A stretch of DNA of 61,383 nucleotides from Candidatus Magasanikbacteria bacterium UBA922 (lineage in GTDB: Bacteria > Patescibacteriota > Patescibacteriia > Magasanikbacterales > UBA922), in the NCBI GenBank assembly GCA_002293825.1, contig DBDW01000003.1, forward strand, positions 1 through 61,383. The letters are read 5' to 3'. This document shows positions 1 to 9,152 of this stretch, piece after piece (position 1 is the first letter of the stretch; every line of letters starts with the position of its first letter). The notes under the pieces were generated by a model. It saw only the letters and a program-made list of their open reading frames with translations, was not told the origin of the DNA and searched no databases. The translations under genes were made by a program, and so were the position numbers.

Positions 1-19
1 AGATGTGTATAAGAGACAG
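1..19. other. Tn5/Nextera mosaic-end adapter remnant (library artefact, not genomic)
   Basis: Bases 1-19 read AGATGTGTATAAGAGACAG, the 19-nt Tn5 mosaic-end sequence, at the very contig edge. Confidence 0.9.
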
Positions 20-20
20 G

Positions 21-2624
21 GGGGTACATCGTGTCGTACTCTCTACCTTATCTCCGAGTACGACCTACTATTTCCGTGTACGATCAGCTGATGTGAATAA
101 CAATGAAGGAATTGATCTCGGTGAATCTGAAGACGGATACTCATTTACCACACTCAATGGTCCTGTTATTAGTGATGTTGCGGTAGGACAGGTACTCAAT
201 ACTCGTGCAACCATTACCTGGACCACGGATGAACTCAATGATTCGTTTGTACACTATTCGACTGATCCTACGTTTGCGACCTACAGTACCGCAGGTACTG
301 CTGACGCGGTGACTGATCACGCGGTCACGGTTACTGGACTCACTCGTGGTACCACCTACTATTTCTACGTCTCAAGTGGTGTGTCGAGTGACCGCAATAT
401 TGTTGACGGGGTCATGGAGTATTACCGATTCACCACCACCGAAGATCTGAGCGCTCCCTCGATCACCTTTGATCCAGATACCGTAGGTGCTACTGATACC
501 ACGATCACGGTCTCATGGGTGACTGATGAAGTGGCTACGTCGACACTCGAGTATGGTACGAGTGATTCATATGGCACCATACTTCAGAATACAAATTACA
601 ATTCGAATCACACCTACACCCTTACCGATCTCTTGCCTGGTACGCTCTACCATCTACGCATCAAGGTCGCTGATGTGAATCACAATATTTCTGGTGCGAT
701 TCCATTCACTGCCACCACTATTGATACTGCCGACTATGACGCTCCCGTGATTACAAACGTTACGACGAGTGTGATTACTGACACCAATGCCATGATTGTC
801 TGGACCACGGACGAACCAGCTGACGGACAGGTGTATTACGGCATACAAAGCGGGGAGTACACAGCATCTTCCACTCCCGTCTCTTCCTACAACCGTGATC
901 ATGCGATCTTACTCTCTGGTCTCACCACCTCTACTCAATATTACTATTACGTGATCTCACGTGATGCGACGGGCAACACGGCTACCTCTACTGAATACAC
1001 CTTCACCACACTCGAAGAACTCTCAGAAGAATCTGAAGTCCTGCTTCGTGAAGAGACTGCTCGAGCTGAAGGATTGACCCAAGGACAATCCCAGTCACGT
1101 GGTGGATGGCGGGGAAGTAGTGAAGCTGATGTGGTGCCTCCGAATGTGAGTGCTCTTGAAGTGCTTGATATTACACAGAATTCAGCTCGTATATCGTGGC
1201 GTGCTGATGAAATTTCTGTCGGTGTTGTCGAATTTGGCACAAGTACGGTGTATCACAAAAGTGCACTACAAGTTCCACTTACGTTTACACTTACTCATGA
1301 AATTGTGCTTACCGATCTTCAGCCTTCGGTGACGTATTATGTGAGTGCGACTGCATTGGATAAATCGTTCAATCGTAGTAATCCATTAACGATTTCATTT
1401 ACCACACAAGAATTGTCTGATGAGATCGATTCTGAAGATCCTATTGCTAATCCAGAAATCGATGATCCTGAAGAAATACCTGATTCTACACTGATCACTA
1501 CACCTGAACAGGCTGAAGAAATTCTTGCTGCATCGCTCAAACAAGCAGGAGATTTATTGCGTTCATTGTCAACGCAAGTTGGTGTCGCTACTCTTGAGAC
1601 CAATTTGGTAGAACAGGCAAACCTGATTCAGGAATTATCTGAATTACTTCCACTGCCTTTGATTGGGGGGGTTCCTCAGGTGGAAATCGGTACTACCTAT
1701 GTGACGATTCTCTGGACTACGGATAAGGAGACTAATTCACTAGTATCATATGCTCCGGCTAATAGCTTTGCCTTGACTAATGAGTATGAGCAGACCGTCG
1801 GAGTTTCTGATCGATTCTCGAGAGATCACTCGGTCACGATTAGAGGATTATTGCCTGGTACGGTATATCATTATCAGCTTATTTCACGGACTGTTGCTGG
1901 TGCTGAAGCGCGTTCGAGAGATTTTACTTTTAGAACTTCTCCTGAGTTTGCTGAAATTTCTACCTACAAAGTAACACCAGTGTCTCCAACTGAAGCTACT
2001 TTTTCATGGATTACGACCGTGCCTACTGATGCTGCGATTACCTATACACCATATCGCAATGGTGTTCCTGATCGAGCATTCACACGTACGATACAGCAAT
2101 CGCTTATGGGGACTACTCATTCATTTGATCTCACTGATCTTGAAGTGGGGGTCGTGTATGATGTTGAATTATTAGGAACTGATCTTGGGGGAAATGTGGT
2201 ATCAAAAACAATTCAAGGGTTTGCAAATGATGGAATAGATCGTGCACCGATTATTTCTATGGTCTCTACTGATTCTTCTATTATTCCAGGTGCCAAAGAA
2301 CGTATTCAGACCATTATCTCGTGGACCACGAATGAATTGTCTACGAGTCGGGTGTATTACCGCAAAGGGTTTGCGAAAGGAGTTGAAGAATTTACTGAAG
2401 CTACTCCACTGGATCAGAATTACACTCGTCGTCATATTTCGGTACTTACGAATTTTGAACCAGGGCAAGTGTATCAATTCCAAGTAGAGAGTATTGATTC
2501 GAGTGGTAATGTAGGACTTTCTCAGGTAATGACGATTCTCACTCCACAAAAAGAGCAATCAGTATTTCAAGTAATTTTCAGTAATTTCGAACAGATATTT
2601 TCATGGGTCGGAAAAGTGAGGTGA
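21..2624 (+). CDS. Large fibronectin-type-III repeat surface protein, 5'-truncated by the contig end
   Basis: About 8 tandem ~95-aa units share Fn3-like strands (ITWTTDE, VSWVTDE, IVWTTDE, ISWRADE, ILWTTDK, FSWITTV, ISWTTNE; TTYYF/TQYYYYV/VTYYV/GTVYHYQ). They are separated by acidic linkers. The apparent ATG at 3 lies inside the adapter. Confidence 0.7.
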   Translation, partial: GVHRVVLSTLSPSTTYYFRVRSADVNNNEGIDLGESEDGYSFTTLNGPVISDVAVGQVLNTRATITWTTDELNDSFVHYSTDPTFATYSTAGTADAVTDHAVTVTGLTRGTTYYFYVSSGVSSDRNIVDGVMEYYRFTTTEDLSAPSITFDPDTVGATDTTITVSWVTDEVATSTLEYGTSDSYGTILQNTNYNSNHTYTLTDLLPGTLYHLRIKVADVNHNISGAIPFTATTIDTADYDAPVITNVTTSVITDTNAMIVWTTDEPADGQVYYGIQSGEYTASSTPVSSYNRDHAILLSGLTTSTQYYYYVISRDATGNTATSTEYTFTTLEELSEESEVLLREETARAEGLTQGQSQSRGGWRGSSEADVVPPNVSALEVLDITQNSARISWRADEISVGVVEFGTSTVYHKSALQVPLTFTLTHEIVLTDLQPSVTYYVSATALDKSFNRSNPLTISFTTQELSDEIDSEDPIANPEIDDPEEIPDSTLITTPEQAEEILAASLKQAGDLLRSLSTQVGVATLETNLVEQANLIQELSELLPLPLIGGVPQVEIGTTYVTILWTTDKETNSLVSYAPANSFALTNEYEQTVGVSDRFSRDHSVTIRGLLPGTVYHYQLISRTVAGAEARSRDFTFRTSPEFAEISTYKVTPVSPTEATFSWITTVPTDAAITYTPYRNGVPDRAFTRTIQQSLMGTTHSFDLTDLEVGVVYDVELLGTDLGGNVVSKTIQGFANDGIDRAPIISMVSTDSSIIPGAKERIQTIISWTTNELSTSRVYYRKGFAKGVEEFTEATPLDQNYTRRHISVLTNFEPGQVYQFQVESIDSSGNVGLSQVMTILTPQKEQSVFQVIFSNFEQIFSWVGKVR

Positions 2625-2680
2625 TAAATTGTTTATGCACATTTATTTGATCCTGAATTATGTGTATATCGTTTCGGATG

Positions 2681-2689
2681 TGATATACT
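2681..2689 (+). promoter_or_regulatory. Extended -10 promoter candidate (TGaTATACT) for the ABC operon
   Basis: TG-n-TATACT lies 32 nt upstream of the ATG at 2721. There is no good -35. Confidence 0.35.
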
Positions 2690-2720
2690 AATTGTATTAT
2701 TTTGAATATCAACTTTTCTC

Positions 2721-4103
2721 ATGTCTGTCATTGATATCAAAAATTTGTCGGTTACGTATTTTTTGGGAAAAAGTAATGAGGTCAAGGCGCTTGCGGACGT
2801 CAATCTTCAGATTGAGCCTGGCGAATTTATTATTTTTTTCGGCTCATCTGGATGTGGTAAATCTACCTTATTGTACACAATTGCAGGACTCGAGCGTCCT
2901 ACCACAGGTACGGTGCAGGTTGCGGGGATCGATCTTGCGCACATGAAGAACAAAGAGCTTGAACATTATCGACAGAGTACGATTGGGATGGTGTTTCAGG
3001 CATTTCATCTTATCCCATCTCTTTCGGTGGTAAAAAATATCATGCTTCCACGAATGGCGATTGGTGCTGATCCAAAAGAACGTCGCGTCGAAGCTGAGCG
3101 TCTCATGAAATATTTTGGTGTATATGAACAGCGAAATAAACTACCTACGGAATTATCAGGAGGTCAGCAGCAACGTGTGGCGATTTGTCGAGCACTTGTC
3201 AATAATCCTGATATTATTTTTGCCGATGAGCCGGTAGGAAATCTTGATTCCAAGTCAGCGCATGATGTACTGGGTCTTATTCAGGAATTGAATGTGAAGG
3301 GTAAAAAAACTGTTATTTTGGTTACTCATGATCCGTCTCATCTTGATATTGCTGATCGAGTTTTTTTTATGAAAGATGGAAGAGTGCTTGATGTCAAGGT
3401 TAATGCCCAGACACGAAAAATCACTCCGCTTTCTACGGGAACTACTCAGACCACTCCTGGGGCACTATTATCTTCTTCAGCTGAAGATAAAAAAGAAGAT
3501 TCTGAATTTGCACGTGCCTTACTTGAATATAAGGCAAAGGAGGTGGCTCTCGAAGCGCTCACTGGACTGAATAGTGATGAGATTACACATATCGAACGAT
3601 ATGTGAGAGATATTTTATTGCGTCATCCTCGAGCTGCTACAAAAGAACTTGAGCAGTATTTGGTGGCTGATTTTGAGCATGGGGGTGGTCCTGAACTGAA
3701 TCGTAAAGTAGCACGTCGACTTGTCGAAAAAATACGTACTACGACAGAAGAGATTCGACGTCTAAGTGCGTCACTTACTCATACTGAATCACGCTCGACT
3801 GCCACTATTCGTCGACTTCGTATGTATTTGCTTGAAACGTTTAATGTTACGGTACACAGTACAGATGCATTGTCTGCAATAGATGAAGCAATCAGTGATC
3901 GTATGAATGGCTCTACTGATCGCAAGGGTGTGCAGGCAAAACTTGATATTTCAATTGCTGAGGGTGGTGCGGGTATTAATCGCAGAATTGCAAAGAAAAT
4001 GGCAAAACATCTTGATTTGATTGTGCGAGGGCGCTATCCGTCACCGATCGAGCATCCTTCTTTGGAGAAGCCGATTTCTAAAAAACATTCTCATCATTCG
4101 TAG
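2721..4103 (+). CDS. ABC transporter ATP-binding protein (MacB/LolD-like) with a ~230-aa non-ABC C-terminal extension
   Basis: Walker A GSSGCGKST, signature LSGGQQQRV, Walker B IIFADEP, H-loop VTHD. Residues ~231-460 are a helical, charged extension with no ABC motifs. Confidence 0.85.
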   Translation: MSVIDIKNLSVTYFLGKSNEVKALADVNLQIEPGEFIIFFGSSGCGKSTLLYTIAGLERPTTGTVQVAGIDLAHMKNKELEHYRQSTIGMVFQAFHLIPSLSVVKNIMLPRMAIGADPKERRVEAERLMKYFGVYEQRNKLPTELSGGQQQRVAICRALVNNPDIIFADEPVGNLDSKSAHDVLGLIQELNVKGKKTVILVTHDPSHLDIADRVFFMKDGRVLDVKVNAQTRKITPLSTGTTQTTPGALLSSSAEDKKEDSEFARALLEYKAKEVALEALTGLNSDEITHIERYVRDILLRHPRAATKELEQYLVADFEHGGGPELNRKVARRLVEKIRTTTEEIRRLSASLTHTESRSTATIRRLRMYLLETFNVTVHSTDALSAIDEAISDRMNGSTDRKGVQAKLDISIAEGGAGINRRIAKKMAKHLDLIVRGRYPSPIEHPSLEKPISKKHSHHS

Positions 4104-4104
4104 T

Positions 4105-5385
4105 ATGAAACGCTCTTCACGATCACATAGTTCTCCTGCGAATACGGTCCCTGCTAATATGCAGGGTCATCGTATGACGTTTGGTGATATTTTTGCGCTT
4201 TCTACTCGTATTTTTCGTACCCGCCCACTTCGTACCTCACTCACGATTTTGGGTATGAGTGTGGGTATTGGTGCCGTATTGTTTCTTGTTTCCCTTGGGT
4301 ACGGTTTGCAGGAAACAGTATTGAATCGTATCACTACGGCTGATGCGCTTCTCAGTCTCGATGTTACTGCCGGAGAATCTGAATTGATTGCCCTTGATCC
4401 GGTGAGTGTGGATAAAATTGCCACATTACCACATGTGGCTGAAGTGAGTCCGGTTGTTGCTATGCCAGCTGAAACTGCGCTCAATGATGTTGCAGGTTCG
4501 TTGATATTGTATTCGGTCAAACCTTCTTTTTTTAATTTGAGCGGCCTTATACCTTCATATGGACGATTGTTTGGCGAAGCTGAAGGTGGTGTGGTTGCGC
4601 GAGAAATTGTGGTGTCGTCAGCGTTGGCAAAGATTTTCAATATTGAACCCGACCAAATTTTGGGTAAAAGTATTTCTCTCACAGCTTTTGTCTCTAGCGC
4701 AACTTCGACCGAAGAGGATACGATATCAGTGGTCCAACTTCCTGAACCTTTTACGATTGTGGGAGTTATTGATGACGATAAGGAAGGTTTTGTATATGCT
4801 CCATTATCCCACATGACAGAGGTCCCTGTTGGAAGATATATTGGGGTAAAAGTAAAAGTCGAATCATCTGAATACATGGAATCTCTTCGTGAACAGATTA
4901 TTGGTATGGGATTTTTTGTTTCAGTACTTCAAGATACGATTGATCAGGTTACCAAAATTTTCGTAGTGATACAGGTGGTGCTTGGTCTTTTTGGACTTAT
5001 TGCGTTGATTGTCTCTGCGATTGGAATGTTTAATACGATGACGGTGGTATTGCTTGAGCGTACCAATGAAATTGGTATTATGCGGTCAATTGGTGTTACC
5101 AAGGGTGATGTGCGAAAATTATTCTTGTTTGAATCATTGATTATGGGTTTTTTGGGTGGGTTAGGTGGCGTAGTTCTTGGTGTGTTTGGTGGATTTGTAG
5201 CGAATTTAGGTATCAATATTCTCGCAAAAAGTTTCGGTGGACAAGCGCTTGATTTGTTTAGCAGACCGCCTTCCTTTATCATTATCATTATTGTTTTTTC
5301 AACTGTGATTGGTTTTTTGACAGGAGTGTTTCCTGCGCGCCGTGCAGGAAAATTGAATCCACTTGATGCGTTGCGATACAAGTAG
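4105..5385 (+). CDS. ABC transporter permease, MacB/FtsX family
   Basis: N-terminal TM, large extracytoplasmic domain, C-terminal FtsX-type 3-TM module (ERTNEIGIMRSIGVTKGDVRKLFLFESL). The ATG at 4105 follows the upstream stop by 1 nt. The track start at 4021 overlaps the ATPase gene. Confidence 0.8.
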   Translation: MKRSSRSHSSPANTVPANMQGHRMTFGDIFALSTRIFRTRPLRTSLTILGMSVGIGAVLFLVSLGYGLQETVLNRITTADALLSLDVTAGESELIALDPVSVDKIATLPHVAEVSPVVAMPAETALNDVAGSLILYSVKPSFFNLSGLIPSYGRLFGEAEGGVVAREIVVSSALAKIFNIEPDQILGKSISLTAFVSSATSTEEDTISVVQLPEPFTIVGVIDDDKEGFVYAPLSHMTEVPVGRYIGVKVKVESSEYMESLREQIIGMGFFVSVLQDTIDQVTKIFVVIQVVLGLFGLIALIVSAIGMFNTMTVVLLERTNEIGIMRSIGVTKGDVRKLFLFESLIMGFLGGLGGVVLGVFGGFVANLGINILAKSFGGQALDLFSRPPSFIIIIIVFSTVIGFLTGVFPARRAGKLNPLDALRYK

Positions 5386-5438
5386 AACGTGGCAGTCTGT
5401 ACGCATTTTTTTGAGGAGTGTAGTGAGTGTTGTATACA

Positions 5439-5467
5439 TTGACAAAAAGGCTTTTCCCGAGTACACT
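5439..5467 (+). promoter_or_regulatory. Sigma70-type promoter TTGACA-17-TACACT for the glyQS leader
   Basis: TTGACA at 5439-5444, a 17-nt spacer, TACACT at 5462-5467. Confidence 0.6.
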
Positions 5468-5473
5468 ATTGAT

Positions 5474-5620
5474 ATGAGTATCTGTGTCTCACAATGAAGA
5501 AAGATGGCACTTTCTGAGTGGGTAAGATATTTCCAAAAGTGCCCCATTGTATAGTGGGGAACTTGGGTGGAACCTCCTGTCGAATGATGGGACCCAAGAC
5601 CTCGTACAGGTCTTTTTTTA
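5474..5620 (+). promoter_or_regulatory. T-box leader (tRNA-Gly-sensing riboswitch) with antiterminator/terminator
   Basis: Antiterminator helix A1 is CUUGGG (5562-5567) paired with CCCAAG (5593-5598). The 7-nt bulge is UGGAACC (5568-5574). Helix A2 spans 5575-5592 with a GAAU loop. The terminator is AAGACCT-CGTAC-AGGTCTT plus a T7 run (5596-5620). A GGCA (Gly codon plus purine) sits at 5505-5508. The element lies directly upstream of glyQS. Confidence 0.75.
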
Positions 5621-5632
5621 TTCAAAATTTAT

Positions 5633-7018
5633 ATGAAAAAACAAACTGGTTCCATGGATACGCTTGTATCTTTGGCAAAACGCAGAGGCTTTATTTTTCC
5701 GGGTAGTGAAATTTACGGCGGACTTGCAAACAGCTGGGATTACGGTCCCTTGGGTTCGCGTATGCGCATGAATCTGAAGAAATTGTGGTGGAAGCGATTT
5801 GTAGAATCTCGTGATGATATGGTCGGACTTGATGGTGCGATTCTTATGAATCCACGTGTGTGGGAGGCGAGTGGTCATGTGGCAACGTTTAGTGATCCTA
5901 TGGTCGAGGATGTGGTGACACACAAGCGATATCGTGCTGATCATATCATTGAAGAAAAGACCGGTGTCAACACTTCTGGAATGACACTTCATGAGATGTC
6001 TCAGATTATTTCTGATAAAAAAATACTAAGTCCAGATGGAAATCCGTTGTCAGAACCTCGACAGTTTAATCTCATGTTTGAGACAACGATGGGAACGGTG
6101 GCTGGAGAAGGGAATCGAGTATATCTCCGTCCTGAAACTGCGCAAGCGATGTTTGTGGATTTCAAATCAGTCGCTACCACGAGTCGTAAGCGATTACCAT
6201 TTGGTATTGCGCAAATTGGAAAAGCATTTCGTAATGAGATTACGCCTGGGAATTTTATTTTTAGAACGCTTGAGTTCGAACAAATGGAAATAGAATATTT
6301 TCTTGAGGAAAGAGATTGGGAAACATTGTTTGATACGTGGCACCGAGAAATGTATGCGTTTGCACGTGAAGTAGGGATTAGTGCTGAGCTATTACATGAT
6401 TTTGAAGTTCCGGATACTGAGCGAGCGCATTATTCCAAGCGAACCGTGGATATTATGTTTGATTTTCCGTTTGGACAAAAAGAATTGTGGGGGATTGCCT
6501 ATCGTGGAGACTTTGACTTAAGACAGCATCAAGAACACTCGGGGCAATCGCTTGAATATACTGACCCTGAGGATAATAAGCGAAAAATTCTTCCTCATGT
6601 GGTCGAACCCACCTTTGGTGTCGATCGTACGATATTGGCAATTCTGGTTTCTGCGTATGAAGAACAGGTGGTCGGTGAAGGTGATACACGAGTAGTGCTG
6701 CATCTAAAGCCTGAGATAGCACCATACCAAGTCGCAGTGTTGCCGCTTATGAAGAAAGATGGGCTTGCAGAAGAGGCGCGAGAAATTCATCGTGCACTTT
6801 TGAAACATTTTAGGTCTGATTATGATGAGACCGGTAGTGTGGGCAAGCGATACCGACGTCATGATGAGATCGGTACGCCGTATTGCATCACTTTTGACTA
6901 TGATTCAAAAAATGATCGTTGTGTGACGGTTCGAGACCGTGATACAATGGTACAAGAACGGGTGAATATAGAAGAATTATCTGCATATCTCGATCGTAAG
7001 ATGAATCAACATTCTTAA
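5633..7018 (+). CDS. glyQS: Glycine--tRNA ligase (alpha2, GlyQS type)
   Basis: 461 aa. N-terminus is LAKRRGFIFPGSEIYGGL. Class II motif 2 is FRNEITPGNFIFRTLEFEQMEIEYF. A C-terminal anticodon-binding domain is present. Confidence 0.92.
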   Translation: MKKQTGSMDTLVSLAKRRGFIFPGSEIYGGLANSWDYGPLGSRMRMNLKKLWWKRFVESRDDMVGLDGAILMNPRVWEASGHVATFSDPMVEDVVTHKRYRADHIIEEKTGVNTSGMTLHEMSQIISDKKILSPDGNPLSEPRQFNLMFETTMGTVAGEGNRVYLRPETAQAMFVDFKSVATTSRKRLPFGIAQIGKAFRNEITPGNFIFRTLEFEQMEIEYFLEERDWETLFDTWHREMYAFAREVGISAELLHDFEVPDTERAHYSKRTVDIMFDFPFGQKELWGIAYRGDFDLRQHQEHSGQSLEYTDPEDNKRKILPHVVEPTFGVDRTILAILVSAYEEQVVGEGDTRVVLHLKPEIAPYQVAVLPLMKKDGLAEEAREIHRALLKHFRSDYDETGSVGKRYRRHDEIGTPYCITFDYDSKNDRCVTVRDRDTMVQERVNIEELSAYLDRKMNQHS

Positions 7019-7032
7019 AAGAATACTGATAT

Positions 7033-8292
7033 ATGTTTGAACACTATACACTTTCCAATGGTGCTGAAGTACTCCTTGTCCCTTTGAAGGATGCACAGTC
7101 TGTGACCACACTGATTATGTATCCGGTGGGTTCTCGATATGAGTCACAGAAATTAAACGGGGTATCACATTATGTCGAACATCTCATGTTCAAGGGTACC
7201 AAAAAAAGACCGTCAACACTCAAACTCACGAGTGAGATTGATCGACTGGGTGCTGAATATAATGCGTTTACCAGTAAAGAATATACTGGATATTACATCA
7301 AAACTGCCGCGAAATATTTGCCCACCAGTCTTGATATCCTTTCGGACATGTTGTTCAATTCGTTGTTTGATCCAAAAGAAATGGAGCGCGAAAAGAATGT
7401 GATTGTCGAAGAAATTCGCATGTATCATGATAATCCATTGATGCATATTGATACCTTGTGTGAGCAATTGTTGTTTGATGGAAGCCCGCTTGGTTGGGAT
7501 ATTGCGGGAACTGCAAAACATGTGCTTTCGTACAAGCGAGATGAGGTGCTTCGGTATCGTGATAATTATTACCAGCCGAGTGGCATGAAGATTGTGATTG
7601 CAGGAGCGATTGGGGATGATGTGCGTGAGCTCGTACAGCAGTTTTTTGGCACATATACTGATCGACAGAAAGTGCAATCGTCGTACAAGCCTGTGCAGTA
7701 TGGATCTACTGCAAAATCAAAACGACTTATTATTGAGTCAAAACCAACAAATCAGGTGCAGATGATGGTAGGTTTTCCTGGGTTTACACATACTGACAAG
7801 CGTCTGCCAGCACAGACCGTGATGAATACGATTCTTGGGGGGTCGATGAGTTCTCGATTGTTTATCCAGATCCGTGAACGAAGAGGGCTTGCGTATATGG
7901 TTCGATCGGGTGCTCAGGAGTTTCGAGATGGTGGATATGCTTTTGTTCGCGCGGGGCTTGAAGCAAAGAATATCAATAAAGCACTTTCGGTCATTCAGTC
8001 TGAAATTGAAAAAATAATTGAAAAAGGTGTAACTCCTCGAGAACTTGAAAATGCAAAGACTCATATCAGAGGATCCTTTACACTTGATCTCGAGGATTCG
8101 AGTACTCAGGCAAATTATTATGCACGTGAATTATTATTCCAGCCAAAAATAGAAACACCTGGAGAAATTTTGGATCGCGTGGATCGTGTGACTCAGGATG
8201 AAGTGCGTGCAGTGGCAAAGAAGCTGTTGAATTGGAATCAGGCACGTGTAGCTATTATCGGAAATGTGGAAACAGAAGATGTGGTGTTTTAA
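7033..8292 (+). CDS. M16 family (pitrilysin/insulinase-like) zinc peptidase
   Basis: Inverted zinc motif HxxEH (HYVEHLMFKGT) and a two-domain length of 419 aa. Confidence 0.8.
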   Translation: MFEHYTLSNGAEVLLVPLKDAQSVTTLIMYPVGSRYESQKLNGVSHYVEHLMFKGTKKRPSTLKLTSEIDRLGAEYNAFTSKEYTGYYIKTAAKYLPTSLDILSDMLFNSLFDPKEMEREKNVIVEEIRMYHDNPLMHIDTLCEQLLFDGSPLGWDIAGTAKHVLSYKRDEVLRYRDNYYQPSGMKIVIAGAIGDDVRELVQQFFGTYTDRQKVQSSYKPVQYGSTAKSKRLIIESKPTNQVQMMVGFPGFTHTDKRLPAQTVMNTILGGSMSSRLFIQIRERRGLAYMVRSGAQEFRDGGYAFVRAGLEAKNINKALSVIQSEIEKIIEKGVTPRELENAKTHIRGSFTLDLEDSSTQANYYARELLFQPKIETPGEILDRVDRVTQDEVRAVAKKLLNWNQARVAIIGNVETEDVVF

Positions 8293-8416
8293 ATTTTGTT
8301 GAGATAGTGTGATGTCCGTAATGGATAGGAAGATTGTTGTTATTAATGCTAAAAATTTTCGAGATATATCGAAGTGTCTGTGTGTGTCTGGTATTAATTC
8401 GACTAATCAATGGTAT

Positions 8417-9148
8417 ATGCGTTATATATTTGGCAATTGGAAGATGTATCTCAATGAGGAGGAGAGCGTTCGCCTGGCTCGAGAGGTTGGGGAGCTTTCG
8501 GTGGCTCCAGGATTTTCGTGCGCAGTGTTTCCAAATACGCTTTCGTTTCTTCCGGTACGTGACGTGCTACGAAACTCGTCATTTTCGGTCGGGGCACAGA
8601 ATGTGTCATGGGTTCCGAGAGGTGCGTATACGGGTGCCACATCTGCTGAATTGTTTCGTGAATCAGGTGCTGCATATGCATTGGTGGGACATTCTGAAAG
8701 ACGATATATCTTTGGAGAAGATGATAGTGCGGTACGCAAAAAAATTGAGGCATGTATCGATGTGGGATTGGTGCCGGTAGTGTGTGTGGGTGAAGAGAAA
8801 CATGATCGTGATAATGGAAAAGCTGAATATCGTGTAAAAAAACAATTGATGAAAGTGTTTGAGGGGCTTTCCATCGGTACCCAGTCTGTGATAGTTGCGT
8901 ATGAGCCGATATGGGCAATTGGCACGGGAGATGCGTGTTCTGATACTGAGGCTGCGCGAATGATTGGAGTTATTAAAGAATATGTTGCACCGTATCATTC
9001 TGGAGAGATCCCGGTCTTGTACGGAGGAAGTGTCGATGCTCAGAATGTGCATACGTATCTCTCGCATGGGATTATTGACGGGGTTTTGATTGGTAAGGCG
9101 TCGACTGATGTAACAATCTTTGAAAAGATTGTTACTGAACATACATAG
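8417..9148 (+). CDS. tpiA: Triose-phosphate isomerase
   Basis: N-terminus is MRYIFGNWKMY. Catalytic motifs are GHSERR and AYEPIWAIGTG. The 36-codon upstream extension in the ORF track has no TIM counterpart. Confidence 0.9.
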   Translation: MRYIFGNWKMYLNEEESVRLAREVGELSVAPGFSCAVFPNTLSFLPVRDVLRNSSFSVGAQNVSWVPRGAYTGATSAELFRESGAAYALVGHSERRYIFGEDDSAVRKKIEACIDVGLVPVVCVGEEKHDRDNGKAEYRVKKQLMKVFEGLSIGTQSVIVAYEPIWAIGTGDACSDTEAARMIGVIKEYVAPYHSGEIPVLYGGSVDAQNVHTYLSHGIIDGVLIGKASTDVTIFEKIVTEHT

Positions 9149-9152
9149 TACT

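Noticed and set aside
4021-4104. Upstream start for the FtsX permease, overlapping the ABC ATPase by 83 nt
   Set aside because: An ATG at 4105, immediately after the ATPase stop, gives a normal N-terminus before TM1. The extension is just read-through of the other frame.
4167-4877. 236-aa antisense ORF inside the permease gene. Similar cases are 39841-40413, 52174-52797, 57000-57566 and 60159-60770.
   Set aside because: These are shadow ORFs opposite or out of frame to genes with clear family motifs. They have low-complexity, motif-free translations.
8309-8416. 36-codon N-terminal extension of tpiA, plus the long alternative-frame and antisense ORFs across 8334-9196
   Set aside because: TIM families begin near the GNWK motif. 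The extension has no counterpart. The four overlapping ORFs carry no motifs and lie inside a strongly supported gene.
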